A DNA stretch of 64,000 bases from Candidatus Gastranaerophilales bacterium (GCA_944324945.1 CALUYE010000007.1:2501-66500), one strand, 5' to 3'; shown: positions 18,519-28,721, counted from the stretch's first letter. The notes: generated by a model from the letters alone, not told the origin. Numbers and translations: made by a program.

Positions 18519-19481
18519 TTATGCCTTAAAATAATATATTAAAACCGTTAACAGGCAAGAAACAAAAGTAATTAAAGAAAAAACAATTACAATTTTATTC
18601 TCGCTCCAGCCCGACAATTCAAAATGATGATGTATAGGGCTCATTTTAAAGACTCTTTTACCCGTTAATTTAAAACTTGTAACCTGTATCATAACGGAAA
18701 GCGTCTCACATATAAATACAATTGCAACAGGTATCAGCCACAGCTCAAATTTACCCATAATTGCTATTGTAGCAAGTAAACCTCCTAAAGCCAAAGAACC
18801 CGTGTCTCCCATAAAAATCTTGGCGGGTTTTTTATTAAAATATAAAAATCCTAAACAAGCTGCACTTGCCGCAATTGAGATTATGGCTAAATCAATATTA
18901 TCATTCAAAAAACAAATTATAGCGCAGGCAAGAAATGCAAAAACGGAAGACGATGCTGCAAGCCCGTCAAGACCATCGGTTAAATTAAGCGCATTTGAAG
19001 CTCCTACCATCATAAAAACAACAAAAACAGGATAAAGCATTCCAAGGTCGAAACTGAAATTTAAAAACGTAACCTGTGTCTGGTTTGAAAATATAATATA
19101 AAAAGCAGGAAGCATTGCAACCGCAATTTGCAAAAGCAATTTAGCTCTTGCAGACAGACCAAGGTTATGATGGGCTTTAATTTTTTTAATGTCGTCTTCA
19201 AAACCCGTAAATGTATAAAAAATTAAAGTCATCAGAACAATCATTGCTCTTGTTGTAAAAGTTTGAGCCATAAAAAGGGCAACCATAGAAGCCGTTAATA
19301 TTGATAAAACAATAAAAACGCCGCCCGTTGTAGGGGTTTTTTCTTTATAGGCATGCATTGAGGCAACTTCTTCTCTTATGTACTGTGAATATGCCTTCTT
19401 TTTCATAAAATCAATATAAGGAATTGCGAAAAGTAAACACAATATTAAGGCTATAAGCCCTGCAACACTAATCATTATCAT
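18519..19481 (-). CDS. mraY: Phospho-N-acetylmuramoyl-pentapeptide transferase
   Basis: KTPTTGG, NALNLTDGLDGLA, GDTGSLALGG, PIHHHFE. Confidence 0.95.
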   Translation of the reverse strand: MIMISVAGLIALILCLLFAIPYIDFMKKKAYSQYIREEVASMHAYKEKTPTTGGVFIVLSILTASMVALFMAQTFTTRAMIVLMTLIFYTFTGFEDDIKKIKAHHNLGLSARAKLLLQIAVAMLPAFYIIFSNQTQVTFLNFSFDLGMLYPVFVVFMMVGASNALNLTDGLDGLAASSSVFAFLACAIICFLNDNIDLAIISIAASAACLGFLYFNKKPAKIFMGDTGSLALGGLLATIAIMGKFELWLIPVAIVFICETLSVMIQVTSFKLTGKRVFKMSPIHHHFELSGWSENKIVIVFSLITFVSCLLTVLIYYFKA

Positions 19482-20805
19482 AATTTTTCACCATTTCAAT
19501 TATTTGTTCAAATTTCATTGCCCGCGAAGCTTTAAGAAGAATTGTGGTTTCTTCTTTTATGTTTTCTTTTATGTATTTTGCACACTGCTCGTTGTTATTA
19601 AATTCAACGCTTTCTATGGTTGTGTTTCTTGCAATGTGGCGCGCAAGGGTTCCTACGGTTAAAAGTTTGATACCTTCATATCGGGATAAAAATTCACCGA
19701 TTTGCTTATGATACATAATTTCATCTTTGCCAAGTTCGCCCATATCCCCCAAAACAAGAACGATAGGCTTTTTATAAACGGAAAGAAATGTTTTTAAAAC
19801 CGCATTCATAGACTCGGGATTCGCGTTATAACTGTCATTTATAAAGGTAATCAGGCCTGTTTTTACTTTTTCCCATCTTTTTTCAATGGGTTTATATTCA
19901 AGAAGTCCTTTTTTGATATTTTCTGTATTAATATTCAAATATCTTGCAGCCTCAATAACAAGAAGGGCGTTAGAAATATTGTATTCGCCCGTTTGAGTTA
20001 TTTCGTAATTTTCGCCTTCATATTGAAATTTTGTAGAGTCGATTTTAATATCAATATTTTTAACGCTGTCAAGCGAAACAAAGATTTTTTTGCCTTCATA
20101 ATTTAAATTTTCTTTAATTTGAGAGCAATCAACACCTATAAACAGACCTTCGGGTTTTAAATTTTTTGCTATTTCGCATTTTGCAATTGCAATATTTTTA
20201 AGGGTTCCAAGACGTTCAAGATGTGCGGAACCTATATTTGTAATTATTCCTATATCGGGATTTGAATAATTAGACAACAATTCGATTTCGCCTAAATTTC
20301 TCATACCCATTTCAACAATTAAAATCTCGCAATCAAGAGGCATTGAAAACATTGTTTCACATAAACCGATTTCGTTATTATGATTTAGAAAAGTTTTGTG
20401 GGTTTTATATTCCGTTGAAAAAACACTAAAAAGCATTTCCTTGGTTGTTGTTTTTCCGCAGGAGCCTGTTATTGCAATAACTTTCGGGTTGATTTTATTT
20501 CTTATGTATTTTGCCATATTTAAATAAGCAACTAAAGAATTTTTAACATAAATTACAAAATCAGCTTCTTTATTAACTTTAAAAACATCCTGCGTGAAAT
20601 ATCCGCATGCGCCCAATTCAAGCGCTTTATTTATAAAGTTATGACCGTCAAAATTTTCCCCTCGTAAAGGAAGATAACAATCCCCTTTTTGAAGTTTTCG
20701 CGTATCGGTTAATATATTAAATAAGGTATTTTCGTCGTAACCTTCTTTTTTATATAATATTTCACATTCTAGACAATCTTTTATTTCTTTTAAACTGAAT
20801 TGCAA
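19468..20805 (-). CDS. murF: UDP-MurNAc-tripeptide--D-alanyl-D-alanine ligase
   Basis: ITGSCGKTTTKEM, DSYNANP. TTG start with GGGAGA upstream. Confidence 0.9.
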   Translation of the reverse strand: MQFSLKEIKDCLECEILYKKEGYDENTLFNILTDTRKLQKGDCYLPLRGENFDGHNFINKALELGACGYFTQDVFKVNKEADFVIYVKNSLVAYLNMAKYIRNKINPKVIAITGSCGKTTTKEMLFSVFSTEYKTHKTFLNHNNEIGLCETMFSMPLDCEILIVEMGMRNLGEIELLSNYSNPDIGIITNIGSAHLERLGTLKNIAIAKCEIAKNLKPEGLFIGVDCSQIKENLNYEGKKIFVSLDSVKNIDIKIDSTKFQYEGENYEITQTGEYNISNALLVIEAARYLNINTENIKKGLLEYKPIEKRWEKVKTGLITFINDSYNANPESMNAVLKTFLSVYKKPIVLVLGDMGELGKDEIMYHKQIGEFLSRYEGIKLLTVGTLARHIARNTTIESVEFNNNEQCAKYIKENIKEETTILLKASRAMKFEQIIEMVKNYDND

Positions 20806-20941
20806 AATTTTCTCCCAAAAAAGAATTTTTCTTCTAAAATAATTCTATCTCAAAAACCGAGTTCAACAAGTTAAGTTTATTAAATTTTTAATTTAAGTGC
20901 TATAATTATTTTATAAAAATTTTTAAAAGGATAGAAACAAT

Positions 20942-22681
20942 ATGAAATACGAATGCGCTTTAAGTATTGAAGAACTTGAAAAAAGAACTTCAAAAGATTG
21001 TCTTTTAACAAAAAACATGCTTGATGTGGGTTGTGAAGAATTTGAAAAATTAAAAGACGGAGATAAAAAAGCGCTTAGTTTTCTTGTTAAGGCAGGGAGA
21101 ATAATAGAAAATATAAATCTTCAATTGGATTCACATCATAATCTTCCTTTTAAAAAATATCTCGAAGAAGAAATAAAAAAAGGCTCAAAACAAGCTAAAC
21201 TTACAAAAGTTTTATTTGATGCCCAAAAGGGGATTTTTGCGCTTGATTGCGAATCAAACCTTGTTATACTTGCAAAAGGTCTTAAACAAAATCCCGGCTG
21301 CGGCTTTTATCCTGATGATTTAGAAAAAGAAGAATTTCATCAAATATTAATCAACATGATTGAAGAAAATAAAATTGATGAAGTTAAAAAAATATTAAAC
21401 CAAAGAAGCGTCATAGAGCGCGATGGGAAATATTTAAAAGCAATTGATTATATTGATAAATTCAGCGATGAATTTAAAAATGCTGCGGAATTACTTTTAA
21501 AGGCAAGCTGTTTATCAACAAATATCGACTTTAACGAATATTTAAGACTTCAATCGCAGGCTTTTTTGAAAGCGGATCCTATGCTTGATGCTTATGCGGA
21601 TAAAAAATGGGCAACGCTTCAAGATACACCCTTAGAATTTACAATAACAAGAGAAAATTATTCCGATGAAATGACACAGACTGTTTTAGAAAACGAAAAA
21701 TTGAGTGCTTTATTGGAAAAATATAACATTGAAGTAATCTCAAAAGATTATCTCGGGGCAAGAACGGGAATCGTAAATAAAGAAGGAACAAACTACATTT
21801 TAAAAGTTAAAGATTTTCTCCCTTTAATGGCGCAAAATATGCCATATTGCGATAAATATACCCAAACAATAACAAACGATTCAGACGTTTCTCAAACAAT
21901 GGTGGATGTTGATTTAGTTGATGTAAGGGGAGATGTCGGAGCATTCAGAGCAGGTATTACATTAGCCGAAAATCTCCCGAATAATGATAAACTGTCTCTT
22001 ACCATAGGCGGAGGCAGAAGAAATGTTTACCACAGGCAAATTCGTTTTGCAACAAGCGAAGATGCCAAACAAAAAATACAGGAAAGACTTGATAACATCT
22101 TAGAAAAAGAATTTCACAAATACTATGACGACAAAATGGATCACCCTTTTACAATAGGTCATGAAAACGGTCATTCCTTAGGCCCTAATGAAGGATGCGA
22201 AGTATTGGGCAAATATAAATCAATAATTGAAGAAAATAAAGCCGATATGGTTTCTCTTTCAATGATTGATTTATTAACGGAAAAAGGTTTATATACAAAA
22301 GAAGAAAGAGATAAAATAATAGTAACTTTTGCAGCAGACAGCATGTTAAAAACAAAACCAGAACTTTCTCAAGCGCACAGAGTCAGAACCGTGATGCAAA
22401 ATTATTATTTTATTCAAAAAGGCGCGATAAAGATTTCAAAAGACGGATTTTTATCCGTTGATATTGATAAAATGCCAAAAGTTGCATATTCAATGCTTAA
22501 AGAAATCATAGAAGTTCAGCTTTCCAAAGACTTCAACAGAGGCGAAAAATATGTAAATGATTATTTTGTTTGGAATGATGAAATGAATATTATAGGCGAA
22601 AAACTGAAAAAAATCTCAAAACGCCTAAACGGCACAACCAAGCAGCCTCTTGCAGATAAATTATTTGAAGAAGATATATAA
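20942..22681 (+). CDS. Zinc metallopeptidase, DPP III-like (M49-related, pentapeptide HExxH variant)
   Basis: HPFTIGHENGHSLGP (HExxH), followed about 25 aa later by IIEENKADMVSL (EExKAD-type second zinc motif). 579 aa. Confidence 0.5.
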   Translation: MKYECALSIEELEKRTSKDCLLTKNMLDVGCEEFEKLKDGDKKALSFLVKAGRIIENINLQLDSHHNLPFKKYLEEEIKKGSKQAKLTKVLFDAQKGIFALDCESNLVILAKGLKQNPGCGFYPDDLEKEEFHQILINMIEENKIDEVKKILNQRSVIERDGKYLKAIDYIDKFSDEFKNAAELLLKASCLSTNIDFNEYLRLQSQAFLKADPMLDAYADKKWATLQDTPLEFTITRENYSDEMTQTVLENEKLSALLEKYNIEVISKDYLGARTGIVNKEGTNYILKVKDFLPLMAQNMPYCDKYTQTITNDSDVSQTMVDVDLVDVRGDVGAFRAGITLAENLPNNDKLSLTIGGGRRNVYHRQIRFATSEDAKQKIQERLDNILEKEFHKYYDDKMDHPFTIGHENGHSLGPNEGCEVLGKYKSIIEENKADMVSLSMIDLLTEKGLYTKEERDKIIVTFAADSMLKTKPELSQAHRVRTVMQNYYFIQKGAIKISKDGFLSVDIDKMPKVAYSMLKEIIEVQLSKDFNRGEKYVNDYFVWNDEMNIIGEKLKKISKRLNGTTKQPLADKLFEEDI

Positions 22682-22689
22682 TACTTTTT

Positions 22690-23664
22690 ATGAAAATTAA
22701 AAAAATCTTTTTACTGTTATTATGCAATCTGGTAATATTTGGCGCTGCTTTATTCTGTTGCGATTATTATACGTATAAAATGTATGTAAATATATACAAC
22801 AAAGTCCAACAACTAAAACTTGAAAAATTCAAATACGAACTAATCACAAAAAATCAATCCTTAAAACGCGAAAGGAAAATATTTAAAACAAAATTAAGAA
22901 AACCTGACGGATTGCAATATAAAAATAAAAGCAAACATTCAATTGTTCTGTTTGGCTGCTCTTATGCGTATGGCGTCGGTTTAGCACAAAATCAAACCCT
23001 TAGCTATAAATTATCGCAAATTCTAAAAACACCCGTATATAACAGGGGTCTTGCCTGGGGTAATTTGCAGGAAATGTGGTATCAAGTGGCAGGTGAAGGA
23101 AGCAAAGATTTTTATACCCAAGTTCCAAAATCCGACACTTATATATACTTAATGATGTATGATCATTATAACAGAATGTATAGTTTTTTTACTGTCTATA
23201 CCTATAGACAATATTTAAACTATATCGACTATAACGGCAATTTAAAAACACAACTCCAAAGCTCATTATCTGATAATATTTTAAGTATCTCTTATACGTA
23301 CAGGCACATTAAAAATTTAATAACATATAAATATTTACAAAATCCGAAAAATAAAGATGAAATTATAAACAGAGCAGTAAAATATATTGTTAGTTCAAAG
23401 AAAGAACTTGAAAACCAAAACGGAAAAGATATTAAATTTATTGTAATTTTTTATGACAACATAGATATAAAATACGAAAAAGAATTAATTGAACAATTGC
23501 ATAAAAATAGCATCTATACAATAAGAACAAAAGATTTAACAAAAGAAAATCTTAAAAACATAAAATACACAATTTCAAATAAAGATAAACACCCCAACGA
23601 AAACGCATGGAATTTATTAACGCCTTTAATTGCGCGCGAAATTCAAAAGATATGGGAGCAATAA
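22690..23664 (+). CDS. Membrane-anchored hypothetical protein, possibly SGNH/GDSL-like
   Basis: N-terminal TM. VLFGCSYAYGVGL (block I-like), VYNRGLAWG (block II-like), and DKHPN near the C-terminus (block V-like, imperfect). Confidence 0.4.
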   Translation: MKIKKIFLLLLCNLVIFGAALFCCDYYTYKMYVNIYNKVQQLKLEKFKYELITKNQSLKRERKIFKTKLRKPDGLQYKNKSKHSIVLFGCSYAYGVGLAQNQTLSYKLSQILKTPVYNRGLAWGNLQEMWYQVAGEGSKDFYTQVPKSDTYIYLMMYDHYNRMYSFFTVYTYRQYLNYIDYNGNLKTQLQSSLSDNILSISYTYRHIKNLITYKYLQNPKNKDEIINRAVKYIVSSKKELENQNGKDIKFIVIFYDNIDIKYEKELIEQLHKNSIYTIRTKDLTKENLKNIKYTISNKDKHPNENAWNLLTPLIAREIQKIWEQ

Positions 23665-23668
23665 AAAC

Positions 23669-23688
23669 GCTCTGAAAATTTTCAGAGC
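23669..23688. terminator. Perfect 20-nt palindrome between convergent genes (probable bidirectional terminator)
   Basis: GCTCTGAAAATTTTCAGAGC, 4 nt after the stop at 23664. Confidence 0.5.
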
Positions 23689-23723
23689 TTCGATGTTATT
23701 GAAAGGAAAAGTATAGAAACTTT

Positions 23724-24236
23724 CTATGCAAATAATGATAACGTGTCATTATCTGCTTTTTGTGTTGTGCTTTCTTCAGCCGATGCGAACGGATTAAATC
23801 CGTTTGATGAATTGGAGTTTTTGTCTTGAATGTTTAGAGTTTGAATAACGTTTGCTTGAGTTTCTATCTTTTGTACAGGAGTTAGGGAATCTTTGGATTC
23901 AACACTTTGTGTTAATCCTACATTTCTTTGTACGGTTGAGGCAGAGTACAAATTTGCCGCAGCCTGAGCATTTAATTGTGCAACATCAACGCTTTGTTGG
24001 TAAAGTCCTGCTTGAGTCAGTGCAATTTGTCTTTGAAGATCAACATTTGTTCTTGAAGAATAAAGATCAACACCCAATGTTGCACGATTGAATTTTGAAT
24101 AATCAATACCTTGAACATTAACACTAGGTTGTACTTGCGCGCTTTGTTTGTTTAAAATTCTGTTTGCAACATTTAAAACATTCGCACTATCAACACCATT
24201 TGCAGAATATAAAACACTGTTCAAATTAAGACTCAT
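23724..24236 (-). CDS. Hypothetical Q/N/S/V-rich protein (170 aa) behind a sigma28-type promoter; candidate flagellar-regulon product
   Basis: Start set to ATG 24236 (GGAGAAAAGG 6 nt upstream); the track uses an upstream GTG. MSLNLNSVLYSANG... contains no Cys, Trp or His. Promoter at 24282-24310. Confidence 0.7.
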   Translation of the reverse strand: MSLNLNSVLYSANGVDSANVLNVANRILNKQSAQVQPSVNVQGIDYSKFNRATLGVDLYSSRTNVDLQRQIALTQAGLYQQSVDVAQLNAQAAANLYSASTVQRNVGLTQSVESKDSLTPVQKIETQANVIQTLNIQDKNSNSSNGFNPFASAEESTTQKADNDTLSLFA

Positions 24237-24281
24237 TATCGACCTTTTCTCCACTTATTGTCTGTTGTTCCTTATGTTTTA

Positions 24282-24310
24282 TTAATCGGCAACATGAATT
24301 TCAAACTTTA
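24282..24310 (-). promoter_or_regulatory. Near-consensus sigma28 (FliA/SigD) promoter
   Basis: Minus strand reads TAAAGTTT-gaaattcatgtt-GCCGATTA, versus the consensus TAAAGTTT-N11-GCCGATAA. It lies about 45 nt upstream of ATG 24236. Confidence 0.7.
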
Positions 24311-24350
24311 GTATAATGAGTCATTTTGTTACAATAGTTAACAAAATTTA

Positions 24351-25004
24351 TTAAAACCCTAGCTCTTCATTAACAAGAATAACGTTTATTCTTCCTTTTG
24401 GGCGGGAGAGTCTGGTGATTAGGATTTGTGAACAGATGCTTGTTTCTGATTTACAATCAAAGCAGGAGCCTTTTAAAATACATGGGGTGTTCATTTGATT
24501 TATTGAATCAATGCGTTTAGCATTTATCGGTGCAGCGTAATTTCTTGCGCGCTTTATGGCGCAGTCTAAATCGGATTCGATTTTATTTACGGAACAAACC
24601 ATAATTACTTTTTTGGGGCCAAAGCAGAGCGCTGCAACTCTGTTACCTAAACCATCTATATTTACTATTTGCCCGTCTTTTGATATTGCATTTGCGCTCA
24701 TTAAAAAAGTATCGCAGGATAAGCTTTTTATGGTTAATTCTTGTTTTTCCCGTGTTGATTTTGCTTTATCTCTATCGATTATTTTATAACCTTTATCGTA
24801 TAAAATATTTTTAATTCCGATTTCATCAAGTGTTGTAGAGCCTCCAAAAGAAACAACATCTTCTTTTGATATAAGTTCAAGGATTTTTTCGTTTGCACTT
24901 TTTATATCTTCGCAATAAAATGCATCAAAATTTCTTTTTATTAATGCATCAATAACATCTTTGGCTAAAACTTCATTTCTTTTGAATATAAATTCGTTTT
25001 TCAT
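24351..25004 (-). CDS. LUD-domain (LutC/YkgG-like, DUF162) protein
   Basis: VSFGGSTTLDEIG, GLGNRVAAL, and C-terminal Cys cluster CILKGSCFDCKSETSIC. Confidence 0.75.
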   Translation of the reverse strand: MKNEFIFKRNEVLAKDVIDALIKRNFDAFYCEDIKSANEKILELISKEDVVSFGGSTTLDEIGIKNILYDKGYKIIDRDKAKSTREKQELTIKSLSCDTFLMSANAISKDGQIVNIDGLGNRVAALCFGPKKVIMVCSVNKIESDLDCAIKRARNYAAPINAKRIDSINQMNTPCILKGSCFDCKSETSICSQILITRLSRPKGRINVILVNEELGF

Positions 25005-25013
25005 ACTTTCCTC

Positions 25014-25790
25014 TTATTTTACAAGACTTGTACCAATAAAATTATCGTCTAAATCAATTTGAATGATTTTATACGCTCCGTTTTTAGAATAGCTTTCGGT
25101 TATTATATGATAAATTCCGCCTGTTTTGATTTCGGAATCCTCGCCATAGTGTCCTGATACAATAATTTTTACGTTAGAGTGCTTTTTTAATACGTCAATA
25201 TAATTTTCCGTTTTGGCGCTTTGAAGCCAGGCGGATTTTGTCGGCAGAATAGGAAAATGCTGCAAAATTATAACATTTTTATCTTTATATTTTGTAAGGA
25301 TTTCATCGAGCCATACAAGTTCTTTTTTTGTGTAGTATCCGTTTGTTGATTGGAAAAATTCTTTAGATCCGTCCATTGCAACAAAAACATAGCCGTTTTT
25401 TTTAAAAACATAGTTTGGTTTTTTGCTGTGTCTGAAAAATAACGCTCTTCTTACTCTTTTTAAATAATATTCTTTATTAATCCCTGTTGAAGCTAAAACA
25501 TCGGATGAGCCCAAAAGAACGTAAACTTTTTTGTTTACTTTTTTTATAAGGTATAAAAATGTATTCAAGTTATCTATATTTGTTCTTGAAATATTATTTC
25601 CGCCAAAAACAACAAAATCAATATCGTTATAAGAATTAATTTCTTTTATTGTGTCTTGAAGCTTATAGGCATTATTGGTATTTAAATTTATGTCGGTAAT
25701 GTGTATAAATTTAACTTCTTTAGCATATAAAGGCAAGCCAAATAAACTAAAAACAATAAACAAAACAACAATCTTGAGTGCTTTTTTCAT
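25014..25790 (-). CDS. Secreted metallophosphoesterase-fold protein with degenerate metal-binding motifs
   Basis: Signal peptide. Calcineurin-like motif order is kept but residues are substituted: HITDIN (DxH to DxN), FGGNNISR (GDxxDR to GNxxSR), LLGSSD (GNHD to GSSD), SGHYG (GHxH to GHxG). Confidence 0.5.
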   Translation of the reverse strand: MKKALKIVVLFIVFSLFGLPLYAKEVKFIHITDINLNTNNAYKLQDTIKEINSYNDIDFVVFGGNNISRTNIDNLNTFLYLIKKVNKKVYVLLGSSDVLASTGINKEYYLKRVRRALFFRHSKKPNYVFKKNGYVFVAMDGSKEFFQSTNGYYTKKELVWLDEILTKYKDKNVIILQHFPILPTKSAWLQSAKTENYIDVLKKHSNVKIIVSGHYGEDSEIKTGGIYHIITESYSKNGAYKIIQIDLDDNFIGTSLVK

Positions 25791-25928
25791 AGTTTAAGAA
25801 TAATATAAAAATAAAATATCTTCACACTTAATTTACAAAATGTTAAAAAACATGACTATTGCGTAGTATTTTAATATTGTTCTTGTTAGAATGAACCTAC
25901 CCACAAAAAAAGAAAGGGTTTATTAAGG

Positions 25929-27458
25929 ATGAGTAAAATATTAAAACTTCTGGCATTAACAATGTTTTTATTTGTTCAAAAAGCAAGCGCTATGAATGTT
26001 GATGCTTTTATGGACAAGCACATAGCTCCCGTTTCGGATGCTATTGCAAGGGTTATTTTTTATCAGTTGAATTTTTTCGGGATTAAAATCCCCTTAATTA
26101 TCTGTTGGATTTTATTTGCAGGAATATTTTTTACCTTTTATTTTAAAGGAATCGCCATCTGGGGTTTCAAACATGCGCTTGACGTCGTTTCGGGTCATCC
26201 TCAGGCACACGGGAAACATAAAAAAGGAGATAACTGCGGTGAAGTTTCCTCCTGGCAGGCATTAGCCACGGCACTTTCAGGAACAATCGGCATAGGTTCC
26301 ATTGCGGGTGTTGCAATTTCGATTTCAATCGGAGGCCCGGGGGCTGCTTTTTGGATATTTGCCGGTGCAATTTTAGGTATGTCAATTAAATTTATCGAAG
26401 CAACTTTAGCTGTTAAATATAGAAGATTTAACCCTGATGGTTCTGTATCAGGCGGCCCTATGCACTATATAGCTCATGGGCTTACAAGAAACAAAATGCG
26501 CTGGCTTGGTCAACCCTTATCCGTTCTTTATGCGATTTTATGTATCGGAGGCGGAATAACGGGCGGAAATATGATACAAAGTAATCAAACCGCACACCAG
26601 CTTGTATTTATAACAGGCGGCGAATCAAGCTTTATGCATGGATTTACCTGGGTATTCGGTCTGATTATTGCAATTCTTATCGGCCTTGTTACCATGGGGG
26701 GTATTAAAAGTATTGCAAAAGTTACAACGATATTAACTCCGACAATGTGCATTTTGTATATAATTTCAGGTCTTATTGTAATATTTGCAAATTTTACAAA
26801 TATACCATCCGCTCTTTTATTAATTTTAAAAGAAGCATTTCACCCAACGGCAGTTGCGGGCGGTGTTATAGGAACAATTATCATCGGTCTTAGAAGATCC
26901 GTTCAATCAAACGAAGCAGGAACAGGGGCAGCAGCCATTGTTTATGCGACAGCTCAAACAAAAGAACCTGTTTCGCAAGGTTTTGTTGCGCTTTTAGAAA
27001 CATTCTTAACAGGTGTTTTGTGTTTATTTACTTCGTTTGCAATAATATTCTCGGGAGTTTTGGAAAATACGCAAATCGGTAAAATTTCAGGCATTGAATT
27101 GGCATCAAGCGCTTTTCAATCCGTAATCCCGTTCTTCCCCATCATATTGTCGCTGATTGCTATGATGTTTGCCCTATCAACAATAATTTCCTGGGCATAC
27201 TATGGACAAAAAGCCTGGACATTCTTGTTTGGTGAAGGCAAAAAAAGAGTAATTGCATTTAATTTAATGTATTGCGTATTTATTGTAATAGGTTCCGTTA
27301 TGAATGTAAAATCGGTTATTGAAATAACGGATGCTATGATGGTTGCAATGTGTTTACCGAATATTATTGTTCTTTATATCTTGTGTCCTGAAATAAAAAA
27401 GGATTTAATTGATTACTGTGCAAGATTAAAAGTTACAAAGCTTTTTCAATCAAAATAG
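25929..27458 (+). CDS. Alanine/glycine:cation symporter (AGCS family)
   Basis: GGPGAAFWIFAGA, NEAGTGAAAI and about 11 TM helices, typical of sodium:alanine symporters. Confidence 0.9.
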   Translation: MSKILKLLALTMFLFVQKASAMNVDAFMDKHIAPVSDAIARVIFYQLNFFGIKIPLIICWILFAGIFFTFYFKGIAIWGFKHALDVVSGHPQAHGKHKKGDNCGEVSSWQALATALSGTIGIGSIAGVAISISIGGPGAAFWIFAGAILGMSIKFIEATLAVKYRRFNPDGSVSGGPMHYIAHGLTRNKMRWLGQPLSVLYAILCIGGGITGGNMIQSNQTAHQLVFITGGESSFMHGFTWVFGLIIAILIGLVTMGGIKSIAKVTTILTPTMCILYIISGLIVIFANFTNIPSALLLILKEAFHPTAVAGGVIGTIIIGLRRSVQSNEAGTGAAAIVYATAQTKEPVSQGFVALLETFLTGVLCLFTSFAIIFSGVLENTQIGKISGIELASSAFQSVIPFFPIILSLIAMMFALSTIISWAYYGQKAWTFLFGEGKKRVIAFNLMYCVFIVIGSVMNVKSVIEITDAMMVAMCLPNIIVLYILCPEIKKDLIDYCARLKVTKLFQSK

Positions 27459-27470
27459 ATAAAATTAATT

Positions 27471-27492
27471 AAAGCTCCCAAAAGGGAGCTTT
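27471..27492. terminator. Hairpin between the convergent AGCS gene and tyrS
   Basis: AAAGCTCCC-aaaa-GGGAGCTTT. Confidence 0.5.
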
Positions 27493-27509
27493 AATTAATA
27501 ATAAAAAAA

Positions 27510-28721
27510 TTATATTATTGCTTTATGATAAACTTTTTTGCCTTTTTTAATTACAATACCTGAATTTAGTTCTTCTTTTTTAATTTTATAATTAAAATCG
27601 GTTATTTTTTTATCGTCAATTGTAACGCCGCCCTGTTGAATTAATCTTTTTGCTTCACCTTTACTTGAAGCTAAATTGCATTGAACTAAAACATCGGCAA
27701 GAGAAATTTCATCTTCGTTTAAATTAATCTTTGTTTGGGGCATATTTGAATCATTAACGCCGTTAACAAAAATAGCTTTTGCTGTATTTTGAGCAACGAG
27801 TGCTTCATCTTCCCCATGGACAAGTTTTGTTAGTTCAAAAGCAAGAATTTCTTTTGCTTTATTAAGCTCTGCCCCTTGCCAATTATCCATTTTTTCAATT
27901 TCATCCAAAGGTAAAAACGTAAGCATTCTGATGCATTTTAAAACATCATCATCTTCGACATTTCTCCAATATTGATAAAAATCATAAACGGACGTTTTGT
28001 TTTTATCAAGCCAAACAGCACCTTGAGCGGTTTTGCCCATTTTTTTGCCTTGAGAATTTAAAAGCAGAGTAATTGTCATAGAATATGCATCGCGCCCTGT
28101 TTTTTTTCTTATTAATTCAGAACCTGCAAGCATATTTGACCATTGATCATCGCCGCCAAATTGCATGTTGCAATCGTAGTGTTGATTTAAATAGTAAAAG
28201 TCATAAGCCTGCATAATCATATAATTGAATTCAAGGAAGCTTAAGCCTTTTTCCATTCTCTGTTTATAGCATTCCGCTCTCAGCATATTGTTAACGGAAA
28301 AACAAGCACCCACTTCTCTTAAAAGTTCGATATAATTTAATTTTAATAGCCAGTCGGCGTTGTTTACCATGATTGCTTTATCTTCGCCAAATTCAATAAA
28401 ACGTGCCATCTGTTTTTTGAAACATTCACAATTATGTTCAATTGTTTCTTTATCCATCATAGAGCGCATATCGCTTCTTCCTGAAGGATCGCCTATGTGT
28501 CCCGTGCCGCCGCCTATTAAAACAACGGGTTTATTTCCTGCCATTTGTAATCTCTTCATTAAGCAAAGCGCCATAAAATGACCCACATGTAAAGAATCGG
28601 CAGTCGGATCAAAACCTATATAGAATTTAGCATTGCCGTTATTTATAAGATTTTTGACTTCTTCTTCGTCCGTAATTTGAGCAATTAAGCCCCTTTTTTG
28701 TAATTCTTCATAAATTTTCAT
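27510..28721 (-). CDS. tyrS: Tyrosine--tRNA ligase
   Basis: Class I HIGH (SLHVGHF) and KMSKS (KMGKT) motifs, plus a C-terminal S4 domain. Confidence 0.95.
   Translation of the reverse strand: MKIYEELQKRGLIAQITDEEEVKNLINNGNAKFYIGFDPTADSLHVGHFMALCLMKRLQMAGNKPVVLIGGGTGHIGDPSGRSDMRSMMDKETIEHNCECFKKQMARFIEFGEDKAIMVNNADWLLKLNYIELLREVGACFSVNNMLRAECYKQRMEKGLSFLEFNYMIMQAYDFYYLNQHYDCNMQFGGDDQWSNMLAGSELIRKKTGRDAYSMTITLLLNSQGKKMGKTAQGAVWLDKNKTSVYDFYQYWRNVEDDDVLKCIRMLTFLPLDEIEKMDNWQGAELNKAKEILAFELTKLVHGEDEALVAQNTAKAIFVNGVNDSNMPQTKINLNEDEISLADVLVQCNLASSKGEAKRLIQQGGVTIDDKKITDFNYKIKKEELNSGIVIKKGKKVYHKAII

Noticed and set aside
25791-25928. Glycine riboswitch upstream of the AGCS symporter
   Set aside because: AGCS genes are often glycine-riboswitch controlled. 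This 138-nt AT-rich leader lacks the conserved GGAGAG/ACCGAAGGGGCAA-type cores.
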